From Isosphaeraceae bacterium (GTDB taxonomy: Bacteria; Planctomycetota; Planctomycetia; Isosphaerales; Isosphaeraceae), in contig CBDAVP010000017.1 in assembly GCA_965201075.1 (NCBI GenBank), positions 1 to 64,000 of the forward strand: DNA of 64,000 nucleotides. Reading direction: 5' to 3'. Made by a program: the position numbers and the translations under genes. Under the pieces are notes generated by a model. It was not told the DNA's origin, ran no database searches, and saw only the letters and a list, made by a program, of their open reading frames with translations. Shown here piece after piece: positions 40,255 through 50,413 of the stretch (positions are counted from its first letter, which is position 1; every line of letters starts with the position of its first letter).

Positions 40255-40299
40255 GGCTCCTCACCGGCGCCTGGGATGGGTCAGTTGCGTGGGTTGGGG

Positions 40300-40893
40300 T
40301 TAGAGGGCCTTGGCGGGGGCGGCCGCGGGCTGCCCCTTCTGCTGAGGCTGGCGGAACGGGGTGCCGAGGGCCCGGAGCAGTTCTCGGGCCTGGTCGTCAT
40401 TGGAGGTCGAGGTGACGATGGTGATGTCCATGCCCTGGGTGTGCTGGAGGCGGTCGGCGTCAATCTCGGGGAAAACGACCTGCTCGGCCAGACCCAGGGT
40501 GTAGTTGCCGTGGCCGTCGAAGCTGTTGGGGCTAACGCCTCGGAAGTCACGAATACGGGGCAAGGCGATTGAGATCAGGCGGTCGAGAAACTCGTACATC
40601 CGCTTGCCGCGAAGGGTGACCTTGCAGCCGATCTCGTTGCCTTCGCGGAGGTGGAAGCCGGCGATGGAGGTTTTGGCCTTGGTGATGATCGGCTTCTGGC
40701 CGGTGATCTTGCCGAGGCTATCGACGGCGGCTTCGAGGACCCCCTTGTCCTTGGTGGCGCGACCGACACCCATGTTGATGACGACTTTTTCGAGGCGAGG
40801 AATCGCCATTTTGTTGGCGACCTGGAACTTCTTGGCCAGGTCGGCCGCGACGGTCTGATGGTATTGTTCTTGCAGACGGGCCATCTCGGACAT
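40300..40893 (-). CDS. rplE: 50S ribosomal protein L5
   Basis: KVVINMGVG, GCKVTLR, LPRIRDFRG, FPEI. Confidence 0.99.
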   Translation of the reverse strand: MSEMARLQEQYHQTVAADLAKKFQVANKMAIPRLEKVVINMGVGRATKDKGVLEAAVDSLGKITGQKPIITKAKTSIAGFHLREGNEIGCKVTLRGKRMYEFLDRLISIALPRIRDFRGVSPNSFDGHGNYTLGLAEQVVFPEIDADRLQHTQGMDITIVTSTSNDDQARELLRALGTPFRQPQQKGQPAAAPAKAL

Positions 40894-40970
40894 CCTTCCT
40901 CGGGCTCAGGTACGGCGCGGGTCCCATGATGGGGTTGGCCGTATGCCGGACCGGCGTCAACGGGCTCGGC

Positions 40971-41351
40971 TTAGCGAGCGGGTGCCTGGGTATTGGGCTG
41001 GGGGGTCTTGGCTCGGGAGGGCTTGGGCGGCCCGAGAGTGCCGAGGGATTGCTTTGTGACCTTGCAGAAGCGTTCTTTCTGGCCCGTCTCGGTGAAGCGG
41101 AAGCCGACGCGGACGCCCCGGCCAGCCGAGGGGCTGTAGAGCATGACGTTGGAGACGGCGATCGGCATCTCCTTGGAGAGCCGGCCCCCTTGCTGATTCT
41201 TGGTGCTGGGCTTGAGGTGTTTGTAGACGCGGTTGACCCCTTCGACGACGACCTTGTTCTTCTCGGGAAGGACGCGGAGCACCTTGCGGGGCTCGGGTCC
41301 CTTGTCGTCGCCAGTGATCACCACGACCAGGTCATCTTTGCGGATGTGCAT
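40971..41351 (-). CDS. rplX: 50S ribosomal protein L24
   Basis: IRKDDLVVVITGDDKG, VVEGVN, SNVM. Confidence 0.98.
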   Translation of the reverse strand: MHIRKDDLVVVITGDDKGPEPRKVLRVLPEKNKVVVEGVNRVYKHLKPSTKNQQGGRLSKEMPIAVSNVMLYSPSAGRGVRVGFRFTETGQKERFCKVTKQSLGTLGPPKPSRAKTPQPNTQAPAR

Positions 41352-41400
41352 GTCGGTCTCGGGTTCGCGGGGCGTGTCTTGCCCTGGGAGGGGTCGTCAG

Positions 41401-41781
41401 TTAGACGACCTCGGCGGCCAGGCTGATGATCTTCATGAACTGGCGCTCGCGGAGTTCGCGAGCGATGGCGCCGAAGATGCGGGTGCCCCGCGGGTTCTTT
41501 TCGGCGTCGATGAGGACGCAGGCGTTGCGGTCGAACTTGACGTAGGAGCCGTCGGGGCGGCGGGTCTGGTTACGCGTGCGTACGACGACGCAACGGACGA
41601 CGTCGCCGGCCTTGACGTCGCCGCCGGGGCTGGCCTTCTTGACGCTGGCGATGATGATGTCGCCGATGCCCGCGACTCGTCGCTTGTAGTGGGAGGCGCT
41701 ACCGCCGAGGACCTTGAAGCACATGACTTCCTTGGCCCCGGTGTTGTCGGCCACGTCGAGCCGGGTCTGCATCTGGATCAT
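41401..41781 (-). CDS. rplN: 50S ribosomal protein L14
   Basis: [33 protein letters not shown]. Confidence 0.99.
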   Translation of the reverse strand: MIQMQTRLDVADNTGAKEVMCFKVLGGSASHYKRRVAGIGDIIIASVKKASPGGDVKAGDVVRCVVVRTRNQTRRPDGSYVKFDRNACVLIDAEKNPRGTRIFGAIARELRERQFMKIISLAAEVV

Positions 41782-41910
41782 CGGGTCTCGCTCCCAGTCG
41801 GGGTCCGCGCCCCGGGGGCAACGGCCGTTTCGATCAACGAGTCAGGCGGGCCCGGGGGCCGGCCGTTGGGGGTGGTGGACTTCAACAACGGAACCCAAAA
41901 ATCCGCCCGC

Positions 41911-42276
41911 TCATTCCGAGGCGGGCTCGGCGGTGGCGGTGGCGACGGTGGCAACTTCACCCTCGCCGGCCAGGGCCTGCTGGGCGCCGGGCCGTACGAT
42001 GCGGACAACCCGCCAGCGCTTCAGCTTGGACAGGGGACGGGTTTCCATGATCTCGACGATGTCGCCGACGTGGGTCTGGTTCTGCTCGTCGTGGGCGTGG
42101 CAGACGGTCCGCCGCCTCATGAACTTGCCGTACTTGGGGTGGGGGACGAGCCGCTCGATCTCGACGCGGCGGGTCTTGTCCATCTTGTCGGAGGTCACAA
42201 CGCCGACTTCCGTCTTACGGCGGGATCGCGCGGTGTCGGTGGACTGGGTGGCTTGGTCGGGGGTCGCTTGGCTCAT
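41911..42276 (-). CDS. rpsQ: 30S ribosomal protein S17
   Basis: [27 protein letters not shown]. Confidence 0.99.
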   Translation of the reverse strand: MSQATPDQATQSTDTARSRRKTEVGVVTSDKMDKTRRVEIERLVPHPKYGKFMRRRTVCHAHDEQNQTHVGDIVEIMETRPLSKLKRWRVVRIVRPGAQQALAGEGEVATVATATAEPASE

Positions 42277-42291
42277 CGGTTCACCAGGGGC

Positions 42292-42516
42292 TTAAGCTTG
42301 GGGGGCGGCGGCCGACCGGGTGCGCTCCAGCGACCGTTCGTGGAGAATGGTCTTGATCCGGGCGATCTCGCGTTTGGCCTTGATGATCTCACTTGGGGCT
42401 TCCAGGCGTTCGGTCTCGCTCTGGAGGCGCAGGCGGAACAGATTCTGCTGGGTTTCGCCCAGGAGCAAATCCAGTTGCTCGTCGTTCTGTTCACGGAGGG
42501 CGGCGGGCTTGCTCAT
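42292..42516 (-). CDS. rpmC: 50S ribosomal protein L29
   Basis: LFRLRLQ, KREIARIKT; synteny. Confidence 0.97.
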   Translation of the reverse strand: MSKPAALREQNDEQLDLLLGETQQNLFRLRLQSETERLEAPSEIIKAKREIARIKTILHERSLERTRSAAAPQA

Positions 42517-42582
42517 CGCGGTGGACCTCGGTCGGTCGCCGGCCTCCATGGGTGTGGGGCCGGCCGGCCTCAACTTGCTCGA

Positions 42583-43002
42583 TCAGATCGTGGGACGCCG
42601 GGTCACGAACCGGCAGGTCACGGGCATTTTGTGGGCGATGCGGGCGAAGGTGGTGCGGGCGACTTCCTCGCTGATGCCAGCGACCTCGTAGAGGATCGTG
42701 CCAGGCTTGACGATGGCGGCCCAGTATTCGACCTCACCCTTGCCCTTGCCCATGCGGGTTTCGGCGGGGATGGAGGTGACGCTCTTGTGGGGAAAGATAC
42801 GGATGTAAAGCTTACCGCCCCCCTTGACCGACTGGCTGCCGACGATACGGCCGGCTTCAATGGTTTGTGCACTGATGCGGCCGGGCTCCAGGGACTGGAT
42901 CCCGAATTCGCCAAAGGCGACGTAGTTGCCGCGAGTGGCATTACCTTTTACGCGGCCTTTTTGGCTTTTTCGGTACTTGACCCGCTTGGGCATCATGGCC
43001 AT
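42583..43002 (-). CDS. rplP: 50S ribosomal protein L16
   Basis: [22 protein letters not shown]. Confidence 0.99.
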   Translation of the reverse strand: MAMMPKRVKYRKSQKGRVKGNATRGNYVAFGEFGIQSLEPGRISAQTIEAGRIVGSQSVKGGGKLYIRIFPHKSVTSIPAETRMGKGKGEVEYWAAIVKPGTILYEVAGISEEVARTTFARIAHKMPVTCRFVTRRPTI

Positions 43003-43645
43003 CGGTGCCGCCCTCCGTCTTCAGGTAATCGCCCGTGTTGACCCACACCTTGACACCGATCCGCCCTTGCGCCGTCTTCGCCTCGGCGAAGCCGTAGTCG
43101 ACCCTCGCCCGGAGGGTCGAGAGGGGGATGGAGCCGAGGTTCGCCGCTTCGGTTCGGGACATTTCCGAACCGCCCAAACGGCCCGAAAGCTGGATTTTGA
43201 CGCCTCGGGCGCCGCCGTCCATGGTTTGTTCGAGGGCCCGCTTCATGGTCCTGCGGAAGCTGGACCGCTTTTGAAGCTGCTCGGCGATATCCTCGCTGAT
43301 GAGCTGGGCTTCGACCTCGGGGCGGGCGATCTCGACGATCTTGATCTCGATGCGACGGCCGAACTTGTCTTGCAGGTCGCCCTGAAGGCGTTCGACCTCG
43401 GCCCCCTTGCGGCCGATGATGACACCGGGCCGCGCCGTCGAGAGCAAAACGGTGACCGCGTCGCGGGTCCGCTCGATCTCGATCTTTGGGATGCCGGCGT
43501 AGCTGTATTTCTCTTTGATATACTTACGGATCTTGAAGTCCTCGACCAAGAGGTCGGAGAACTCGGTCTTGGAGGCATACCAGCGGCTACGCCAGTCCTC
43601 CATGACGCCAATCCGGAACCCGGTCGGGTGGACCTTCTGGCCCAT
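42941..43645 (-). CDS. rpsC: 30S ribosomal protein S3
   Basis: MGQKVHPTGFR, RPGVIIG, SGRLGG, PLSTLRA. Confidence 0.99.
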   Translation of the reverse strand: MGQKVHPTGFRIGVMEDWRSRWYASKTEFSDLLVEDFKIRKYIKEKYSYAGIPKIEIERTRDAVTVLLSTARPGVIIGRKGAEVERLQGDLQDKFGRRIEIKIVEIARPEVEAQLISEDIAEQLQKRSSFRRTMKRALEQTMDGGARGVKIQLSGRLGGSEMSRTEAANLGSIPLSTLRARVDYGFAEAKTAQGRIGVKVWVNTGDYLKTEGGTDGHDAQAGQVPKKPKRPRKR

Positions 43646-43690
43646 GGTCGGGCGTCCTCTCTCGTCTCGGGGGCTTGGGGGTGAAGTCGA

Positions 43691-44092
43691 TTAAGCGTCG
43701 TCGTTGTCCGAACCCACGGGCTCGACGCCCAGCAGGGTTTCCAGGTCGGACAGGCCGATGGAAATATGAGCGGTGCGGCGGCGGATCATGTAAGCCATGC
43801 CGCGGGCCCGGGGCATCAGGCGCTTGGCCATTGGGCCTCCGTCGCCTCGGGAGTCGAAGATGATGAGGTCGCCCACGTCGCGGACGCCACGATCCTCGGC
43901 GTTGGCCATGGCGCTCTTGAGGACCTTCTCGATCATCCGAGCGCCACGGTGGGGCAGGTACTTCAGGGTCAGGACCGCGTCGTCGGCGTATTTGCCTCGG
44001 ATCAGGTCGAGGATCGGCCGGAGCTTGCGCACGGAAATCCGGGCGAAGCGGTGTTCGGCGCGGTAGCCGGTGTTCGTGGTCGCGGTGGCCAT
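43691..44092 (-). CDS. rplV: 50S ribosomal protein L22
   Basis: RISVRK, SAMANA, PRARG, TAHI. Confidence 0.98.
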   Translation of the reverse strand: MATATTNTGYRAEHRFARISVRKLRPILDLIRGKYADDAVLTLKYLPHRGARMIEKVLKSAMANAEDRGVRDVGDLIIFDSRGDGGPMAKRLMPRARGMAYMIRRRTAHISIGLSDLETLLGVEPVGSDNDDA

Positions 44093-44158
44093 CAAAAAGG
44101 GTCCTGAATGCGAAGTCCTGAGTGACGGCCTCGGTCCGGCCGTCGGGATTGGACTGTC

Positions 44159-44440
44159 TTAACGTTTGCCACCCTTGCCGGCCTTGCCACCGTGGCCCCG
44201 GAAGGTCCGGGTAGGGGAAAACTCACCGAGCTTGTGACCGACCATGTCTTCGGTCACATAGAGCTTGATGAAGTTGCGGCCGTTGTGGATGGCGAAATTC
44301 TTGCCGATGAACTCGGGCACGATGGTGCAGGCCCGAGCCCAGGTCTTGATTGGTTCTCGCTGCCCGACGTTCTCGGCGCGGATGGCCTTCTCAAGCAGCC
44401 GCTCGTCGACATACGGGCCTTTTTTCAGCGAACGTCCCAT
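44159..44440 (-). CDS. rpsS: 30S ribosomal protein S19
   Basis: [20 protein letters not shown]. Confidence 0.99.
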   Translation of the reverse strand: MGRSLKKGPYVDERLLEKAIRAENVGQREPIKTWARACTIVPEFIGKNFAIHNGRNFIKLYVTEDMVGHKLGEFSPTRTFRGHGGKAGKGGKR

Positions 44441-44525
44441 GAGTCTCTCGTTCCCTTGACGTTTCGAAACCGACCGGCGGCTGACAAGGAATGAACCGTT
44501 TGGATTATCGCGAGGGGCCGACGGG

Positions 44526-45386
44526 TCAGACCTTCAACTGGCCATAACGCACGCTTTTGCGGCGGCGGATGATGAAGGCGTTGGACGGCTTGCGGCGGCG
44601 GCGAGTCTTGCCCCCCTTGGCCAGGACGCCGGTGGGCGAGCACGGGTGACGGCCGCCGGAGGTGCGGCCTTCGCCACCACCCATCGGGTGCTTGTTGGGA
44701 TTCATCGCCACGCCTCGGACATGGGGGCGACGACCCAACCAGCGGCTCTTGCCAGCCTTGCCGAGGCGAATGTTCATATGGTCGGAGTTGCCGACGACGC
44801 CAATGGTAGCCCGGCAGGCGGCGGGGATACGGCGTACTTCGCCCGAGGGAAGAGTGATCTGGGCCCAGGTTCCCTCGCGGGCGGTCAAGGTGGCGCTGAC
44901 GCCGGCCGACCGACAGAGCTTGGCCCCACCTCCGGGCTGCATCTCCAGGTTGTGGATGGACATGCCGGTGGGGATGCGAGACAGCGGCAGGCAGTTGCCG
45001 ACCTTGGGCTCGGCCGCCGGACCGTTGTGAATGGTGGAGCCGGCCTTGAGACCCTCGGGAGCGAGGACGTAACGCTTGACGCCGTCGGCGTACTGGACCA
45101 GGGCGATTCGGGCCGAGCGGTTGGGATCGTATTCGATATGAGTGACGAGGCCCGGGATGCCGTCCTTGTCGTTGCGCTTGAAGTCGATCAGGCGGTACAT
45201 TCGCTTGTGGCCGCCGCCTCGGTGGCGGGCGGTGATGACGCCCTGATTGTTCCGGCCGCCCTTTTTCTTGAGCGGCTCGGTCAGACTCTTCTCGGGCTTC
45301 TTGTTCTTGTCGGTCAGCTCGGAGAAGTCGCTGACCGAGGCGTTGCGGCGCCCGGGACTGGTCGGCTTGTAGTAGCGAATACCCAT
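44526..45386 (-). CDS. rplB: 50S ribosomal protein L2
   Basis: [34 protein letters not shown]. Confidence 0.99.
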   Translation of the reverse strand: MGIRYYKPTSPGRRNASVSDFSELTDKNKKPEKSLTEPLKKKGGRNNQGVITARHRGGGHKRMYRLIDFKRNDKDGIPGLVTHIEYDPNRSARIALVQYADGVKRYVLAPEGLKAGSTIHNGPAAEPKVGNCLPLSRIPTGMSIHNLEMQPGGGAKLCRSAGVSATLTAREGTWAQITLPSGEVRRIPAACRATIGVVGNSDHMNIRLGKAGKSRWLGRRPHVRGVAMNPNKHPMGGGEGRTSGGRHPCSPTGVLAKGGKTRRRRKPSNAFIIRRRKSVRYGQLKV

Positions 45387-45435
45387 GATTCAGATCCCCT
45401 CCCGAGGAATGTTGGTCCCTTGCCGGGAGGCCCGA

Positions 45436-45762
45436 TTAATAGAAGTCGATCCGGTAGTCGTCGTGGAGGGCGACGATGGCCTTCTTCCAGTTGCGCATCC
45501 GGCCGACCTTGAGCCGGTAGCGGCGGGGCTTGCCGCGGCGATTCTGCGTGCGTACGTCGGCGACCCGGACGTTGAAGAGAGCCTCGACGGCTTTCTTGAT
45601 CTCGGTCTTGGTCGCCAGGGGGTTGACCTCGAACGTATAGGCGTTGTGACGCTCCGAGAGGTGAGTGGCCTTCTCGGTGATTAGCGGACGCAGCACGACC
45701 TGGTAAGGCTCCAGCTTGGGCCCGGACCGCTCGTACTTGGGGGCGTGACGCAGAGTGACCAT
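45436..45762 (-). CDS. rplW: 50S ribosomal protein L23
   Basis: PLITEKA, ATKTEIK.AVE.LF.V, WKKAIV. Confidence 0.98.
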   Translation of the reverse strand: MVTLRHAPKYERSGPKLEPYQVVLRPLITEKATHLSERHNAYTFEVNPLATKTEIKKAVEALFNVRVADVRTQNRRGKPRRYRLKVGRMRNWKKAIVALHDDYRIDFY

Positions 45763-45769
45763 GGGCGGC

Positions 45770-46525
45770 TCAGACCTCCTGGCCAGCGGCGACGGCGGCG
45801 ACGACGGCCGGGCGGCGGGCAACCTTGTGCTGGACCCGCTCCTTGAGCGTCGCGAGCGCCTCGCGGGTCAGCAGCAGGTACTTTTGCTTGAGGATGTCGT
45901 AGGTATTGAACTCTGCGACCGGGGCCACCTGAACCCCTTCGATGTTCCGGGCGCTGCGGTACAAGATCGGGTCGGCCGCGGGCAGGCCGATCAGGATCGT
46001 GCCGGAGCCGAGAGTCCGCCGGCGGGCGTCGGCCTTGGTCTCACCGTCGACGGGGGCGGTACTCGCGTCGTCCAGGTCAGGACGTTGGATCGCTCCCAGG
46101 GTCCGGACGACATCCTTGGTCTTGATCGCGTCGAGTTTGAGGTCATCGACGATCAAGGCCTGGCCGTCCTGGAACTTCGATAGCAAGGCCATGCGGATGG
46201 CGGCGCGGATGGCCTTCTTGGGCAGGGCGTAGCTGTAATCGCGGTTGCGGCGGGCGAACGCGACGCCGCCACCCTTGCGCTTGTTCGTCCGCTTGGAGCC
46301 GGCTCGGGCGTTGCCGGTGCCTTTCTGGCGGAAAAGCTTCTTGCCCGAGCCGGCGACATCGGCGCGGCCACGGGTGTTCACGGTGCCGACGCGGCGATTG
46401 GCCTGATGCATGACGACCACGTCGTGCAACAGTTGCTTGTTGACGGCCCCGCCGAAGTCGGCCGGGTCGATCGACTCCTCGCCCACCTTCTCGCCGGCGC
46501 GGTTGTAGACTGGGACGCTGAGCAT
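45770..46525 (-). CDS. rplD: 50S ribosomal protein L4
   Basis: RQKGTGNARAG, GGG.AF, SARNI; extra loop insertion. Confidence 0.98.
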   Translation of the reverse strand: MLSVPVYNRAGEKVGEESIDPADFGGAVNKQLLHDVVVMHQANRRVGTVNTRGRADVAGSGKKLFRQKGTGNARAGSKRTNKRKGGGVAFARRNRDYSYALPKKAIRAAIRMALLSKFQDGQALIVDDLKLDAIKTKDVVRTLGAIQRPDLDDASTAPVDGETKADARRRTLGSGTILIGLPAADPILYRSARNIEGVQVAPVAEFNTYDILKQKYLLLTREALATLKERVQHKVARRPAVVAAVAAGQEV

Positions 46526-46568
46526 GACTGGTTCGATCCGCTTGGCCAAGTCTGGGGTGGGGAGGACG

Positions 46569-47204
46569 TCACACCTTGTTGGTCTGGCGCACAATCAGGA
46601 AGCCGTTGTTGGGGCCCGGGACGGCGCCCCGGATCAGCAAGAGGTTGTTCGACGGGTCGACGCGGACCACCTTGAGGTTCTTGACGGTGACCTGGGCGTT
46701 GCCGAACTGACCAGGCTTGCGAATTCCCTTGCGGGTGTGGGCCGGGTCGGCGCTGGGACCGGAGGAGCCAGGGTGGCGGTGCATTCGCTTGACACCGTGG
46801 GTCGCCCGTAACCCCTTGAAGCCGTGACGCTTGACGACGCCGGAAAAGCCGCGACCCTTGCTGGTGCCGATGACGTCGACGTTCTTGATCTGCTCGAAGA
46901 CATCGACGGTGAGGGTCTGACCCTCGGCGACCCCCTCGGCGGCGGCGTCCTGGCGGATCTCGCGGACGAACTTCTTGGGCTCGGCCTCGACCTTCTTGGC
47001 GTGGCCCCGTTCCGCCTGGGAAGCGCTTTTGCGCTTCTTGTCGGCGAAACCGAGTTGCACGGCGTGGTAGCCGTCGCGTTCGGCGGTGCGGACCTGGAGC
47101 ACGGTGCAGGGACCGCACTCCAGGACGGTGACGGGGACGACGGTGCCGTCGGCCTCGTAGATCTGAGTCATGCCGACTTTACGGCCAAGCAAACCGACAC
47201 GCAT
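46569..47204 (-). CDS. rplC: 50S ribosomal protein L3
   Basis: GRKVGMTQ, DGYHAVQLGF, SKGRGF.GVVKRH, GAVPG. Confidence 0.99.
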   Translation of the reverse strand: MRVGLLGRKVGMTQIYEADGTVVPVTVLECGPCTVLQVRTAERDGYHAVQLGFADKKRKSASQAERGHAKKVEAEPKKFVREIRQDAAAEGVAEGQTLTVDVFEQIKNVDVIGTSKGRGFSGVVKRHGFKGLRATHGVKRMHRHPGSSGPSADPAHTRKGIRKPGQFGNAQVTVKNLKVVRVDPSNNLLLIRGAVPGPNNGFLIVRQTNKV

Positions 47205-47336
47205 CGGAAACTCCGTCTCGCTCAGTGGATCGAGGTCGTCGGGCGGACGCGGAACGCCCCGGGAGGGAGTTTTCCCCCCGGGGCAGGTCCCGGAAAAGGC
47301 TCGTTCGAGGAGCCTCACCCGCTCGGGCGACCCGGC

Positions 47337-47669
47337 CTAGGTCCCGGAGGGCCCAGCCTTGATCTTGATGTCGACGCCCGCCGGCAGGCTAAGCTTGTTG
47401 AGGGCGTCGATGGTCTTGTTCGTCGGCTGGACGATGTCGATCAGCCGCTTGTGTGTCCGAATCTCGAACTGTTCCCGCGACTTCTTGTCGATGTGCGGGC
47501 TTCGGAGCACCGTGTACCGTTCGATGCGGGTCGGCAGCGGGATGGGCCCGTGGACGATCGCGTCGGTCCGCTTGGCGGTGTCGACGATATCCTTCGCCGA
47601 CTGATCCAGGATGGTGTGGTCGTAAGCCTCCATCCGGATGCGAATTCGCTCGTTGCTGATGCCCGCCAC
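47337..47669 (-). CDS. rpsJ: 30S ribosomal protein S10
   Basis: [33 protein letters not shown] start. Confidence 0.99.
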   Translation of the reverse strand: MAGISNERIRIRMEAYDHTILDQSAKDIVDTAKRTDAIVHGPIPLPTRIERYTVLRSPHIDKKSREQFEIRTHKRLIDIVQPTNKTIDALNKLSLPAGVDIKIKAGPSGT

Positions 47670-47741
47670 GCGTCTATCCTTCCCGTCGTCCCGCCGAACC
47701 CAGAATCCCTCGGTCGTGTCTCCGCACACGGGGAAAGTAAG

Positions 47742-47770
47742 AAAGTACCGACCGACCCTCGCCGGGTCAA
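47742..47770 (-). promoter_or_regulatory. Sigma70 promoter for the S10 operon
   Basis: TTGACC-N17-TACTTT. Confidence 0.6.
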
Positions 47771-47827
47771 GGCGCTGGCGTTCAATTTTCCCTATCGGCT
47801 GGGAGTTGTGAGGTCGATCCCGTCGGT

Positions 47828-48391
47828 TCAGGGGAGGTGGGCGAAGATGTCATCGACGAGAACGGGGCCGTTCGGCGTGTCGGCGGCCTGACCCCGCGTC
47901 AGGAATCTGGAAGACCGATACATCCTTGCGTTCTGGTCGGGGTCCCAGAAAGTCAGGAGTAGTCGGTTCTCGATATCGGCCACCCAGTACCGGGGGATGC
48001 CGGCGGCGGCGTAGTCCGGTAGCTTCCTGGCGAGATCGTCCTTCAGCGACGAGTAGGCGACCTCGACCAGCAACTCAACCTCGTCGGGTCGAGGGTGCCT
48101 CGCGACGTAGATGGACTTGTGGCCGCGGGCCACGACCAGGTCGGGGATCGGCTCGGAGTCGTCGGGCAAAGGGAAGGGTCGTTCCTCTCGGACCGTATAT
48201 GCCTGCCGGGGGAACAGGTCGCGTAAGCAATCGCCAAGATTCTGAGCGACGGCGACATGCGGCGGGTTCTGGGGCATGACCTCGACGACCTCGCCGTGCC
48301 AGAGGTAGTCCTTCGAGTCGGGCCGCAACAGCCCCTTCTCGGCCATCGTGTGATATTCGTCGAGGGTGATGCGGGCGGTCGCCGTGCTCAT
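47828..48391 (-). CDS. Uma2 family endonuclease-like protein
   Basis: [51 protein letters not shown]. Confidence 0.92.
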   Translation of the reverse strand: MSTATARITLDEYHTMAEKGLLRPDSKDYLWHGEVVEVMPQNPPHVAVAQNLGDCLRDLFPRQAYTVREERPFPLPDDSEPIPDLVVARGHKSIYVARHPRPDEVELLVEVAYSSLKDDLARKLPDYAAAGIPRYWVADIENRLLLTFWDPDQNARMYRSSRFLTRGQAADTPNGPVLVDDIFAHLP

Positions 48392-48654
48392 GGCTCCTCC
48401 TGAGTTCTCCACGCATCGTAGGGGGCGTTCCGCGGACGGTCAATGCCACCCGGACCGGGCGCGAATCTCGACGGGGAACCACGCCCCGACGGCACGGCCG
48501 GTATTTCTTTATGAAATGTTGATATAGATCGGATCAGGGGATTGTATGAACTGTGTGGGATTGATAATTTCTCATAACCAAAGGGCTGGTTCTGCCCATT
48601 CGCGGACTCCCCGAGGTTGACGATTCCCCCTCCCCGATGAGCAAGGAGAGCCGG

Positions 48655-49479
48655 ATGCAGACCGACGGCCTGACCCGATTGGGTAGCCTGGAGAATGCAG
48701 GGCGATATATTCTGATTTTGCTGGCAATGCTGGCGGCTCGTCCGGCCAGTGCGGAATATTAGCTCACCACCTTGGCCAGCTTCGATGGCACCAATGGCAC
48801 CAGCGGGTCCAATCCCCGAGATCTGGTGCGTGACGCCGACGGCAACCTCTACGGCACGACAATACGCGGCGGGGTCAACAACGCCGGCACGATTTTCGAG
48901 GTGGCCGCCGGCAGCGGGACGATCAACACGTTGGCCAGTTTCACGAAAAGTAATGGGGATCCCTTGTACGGTGGCTTGGTACGCGACGGCTTCGGTAACC
49001 TCTACGGGACGTCGTTCTCCGACGGTCCCAATGGGCTGGGCTCGGTCTTCAAGTTGGCCGCCGGCAGCGGGACGATTACCACGCTGGTCAGCTTCACGGA
49101 CCTCAATCAGGGGTCCGGCCCCAATGGAACCTTGGTGCTCGACGAGGCCGGCAATTTGTTTGGCACGACGTTTCGAGGTGGGCTTGGGGGGTATGGAACG
49201 GTGTTCGAGATTGCCGCGGGCACTAGCAGCATCGCGACGCTGTTCACCTTCGACCGTAGCAACGGCGCGAGAGCCTCCGGCGGGTTGATTCTCGACTCCG
49301 CTGGCAATCTCTACGGAACGACTCAGTCGGGAGGTGCCAACGGCGCAGGTACGGTGTTTGAGCTTTCACGTTCGTCGGCCGTGCCGGAGCCGGCTTCCGT
49401 AATGATCCTGGGCCAGGGCGCCCTGGCCGCCGTGACGCTGACCGGGCGAGTCCGTGCTCGTCGGCGCCGTGCCGCCTGA
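48655..49479 (+). pseudogene. PEP-CTERM protein with GloVer-type tandem repeats, interrupted by an in-frame TAG at 48760-48762
   Basis: AAGGAG RBS, signal peptide ...ARPASA-EY*LTTLASF; four D..GNL(Y/F)GT....G..G.GTVF repeats; VPEPAS-TM-RRRR tail. Confidence 0.82.
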
Positions 49480-49624
49480 GTGATCCGGCCGGTCGCGGGG
49501 CGTGTGCCCGGAAAGGACGGTGCATCCCCGCATCCGGCCGGATCGCAATCGCTCAGCTTGGGGTCTGCTAGCAGCGCGGGTAAGATGGGTCAAGGGAGCC
49601 TCAAAACCCGTTGCGAGCCCGACG

Positions 49625-50413
49625 ATGCCCAGCCCATTCCCCGGCGTCGACCCGTACATTGAAAACCAGGGGCTTTGGCGGGATTTCCACGCCCGGTTCC
49701 TCATCTATTGCAGCGACCTCCTTTCCGACCAGTTGCCGGATGAATACGTGGCCCATGTCGAGGAACGCTTCTACCTCGTCGAGGCTTCCGATGTGCCAGG
49801 GCGGCACTATCTCCCCGACGTGGCGATCACGCGGGAGGGATCCTTCCCAGCGCGGCCGATGGCCCGGGTCGGGGCCCTCACCTTGGAGCCCGTGACGATC
49901 CCCCACCGGGAGGTCGCGACGGAGGAGATCCGCGAGAGTTGGCTGGAGATCCGTCGCCAGCCGGGCCGCGAGATCATCACGGCGATCGAACTCCTCTCGC
50001 CGACCAACAAAGGCCCGGCGGGGCGGGGCAAATACCTGGAGAAGCGGCTCGACCTGCTGAATCGATCCATCCACCTCGTCGAGATCGACCTGCTCCTCGT
50101 CGGGCGACGACTGCCGATGGCGAAGCCCTTACCGGCTGGCGAGGGCTTCGCCTTGGTGACACGAGCGGATCGCCGGCCGGATTGCGATGTCTATGCCTGG
50201 GCGATCCGCAAAGCTTTGCCTTCGATCCCGATCCCGTTGAAGACACCCGACGCGGATGTCCACCTCGACCTGGCCGCCGCCTCCGCGACGGCCTACCAAC
50301 GGGGCCGGTATGCCAACCTGATCGACTACGCCAAGCCGCTGTCGCTCCCTCTCACGCCCGAGGATCGCGCTTGGGCCGAGGCGCTGCCCCAGGCCTTCGT
50401 CAGGAACCGCTGA
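49625..50413 (+). CDS. DUF4058 family protein (PD-(D/E)XK-like)
   Basis: MPSPFPGVDPYIE...W.DFH, PDV, IELLSPTNK, HLVEIDLL; 3' end overlaps the fusA stop. Confidence 0.92.
   Translation: MPSPFPGVDPYIENQGLWRDFHARFLIYCSDLLSDQLPDEYVAHVEERFYLVEASDVPGRHYLPDVAITREGSFPARPMARVGALTLEPVTIPHREVATEEIRESWLEIRRQPGREIITAIELLSPTNKGPAGRGKYLEKRLDLLNRSIHLVEIDLLLVGRRLPMAKPLPAGEGFALVTRADRRPDCDVYAWAIRKALPSIPIPLKTPDADVHLDLAAASATAYQRGRYANLIDYAKPLSLPLTPEDRAWAEALPQAFVRNR

Noticed and set aside
18498..48762. Genome-wide TAG reassignment (alternative genetic code)
   Set aside because: rpsG ends at its canonical FAHFAW with TAG, and rpsJ and the kinase also stop at TAG. No housekeeping gene has an internal TAG, and the implied residues differ between sites
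34806..50400. Absence of tuf after fusA, rpmD between rpsE and rplO, and adk/infA around map
   Set aside because: Real in this window, but such relocations or losses are common in this part of the tree; genome-wide loss cannot be inferred from one window
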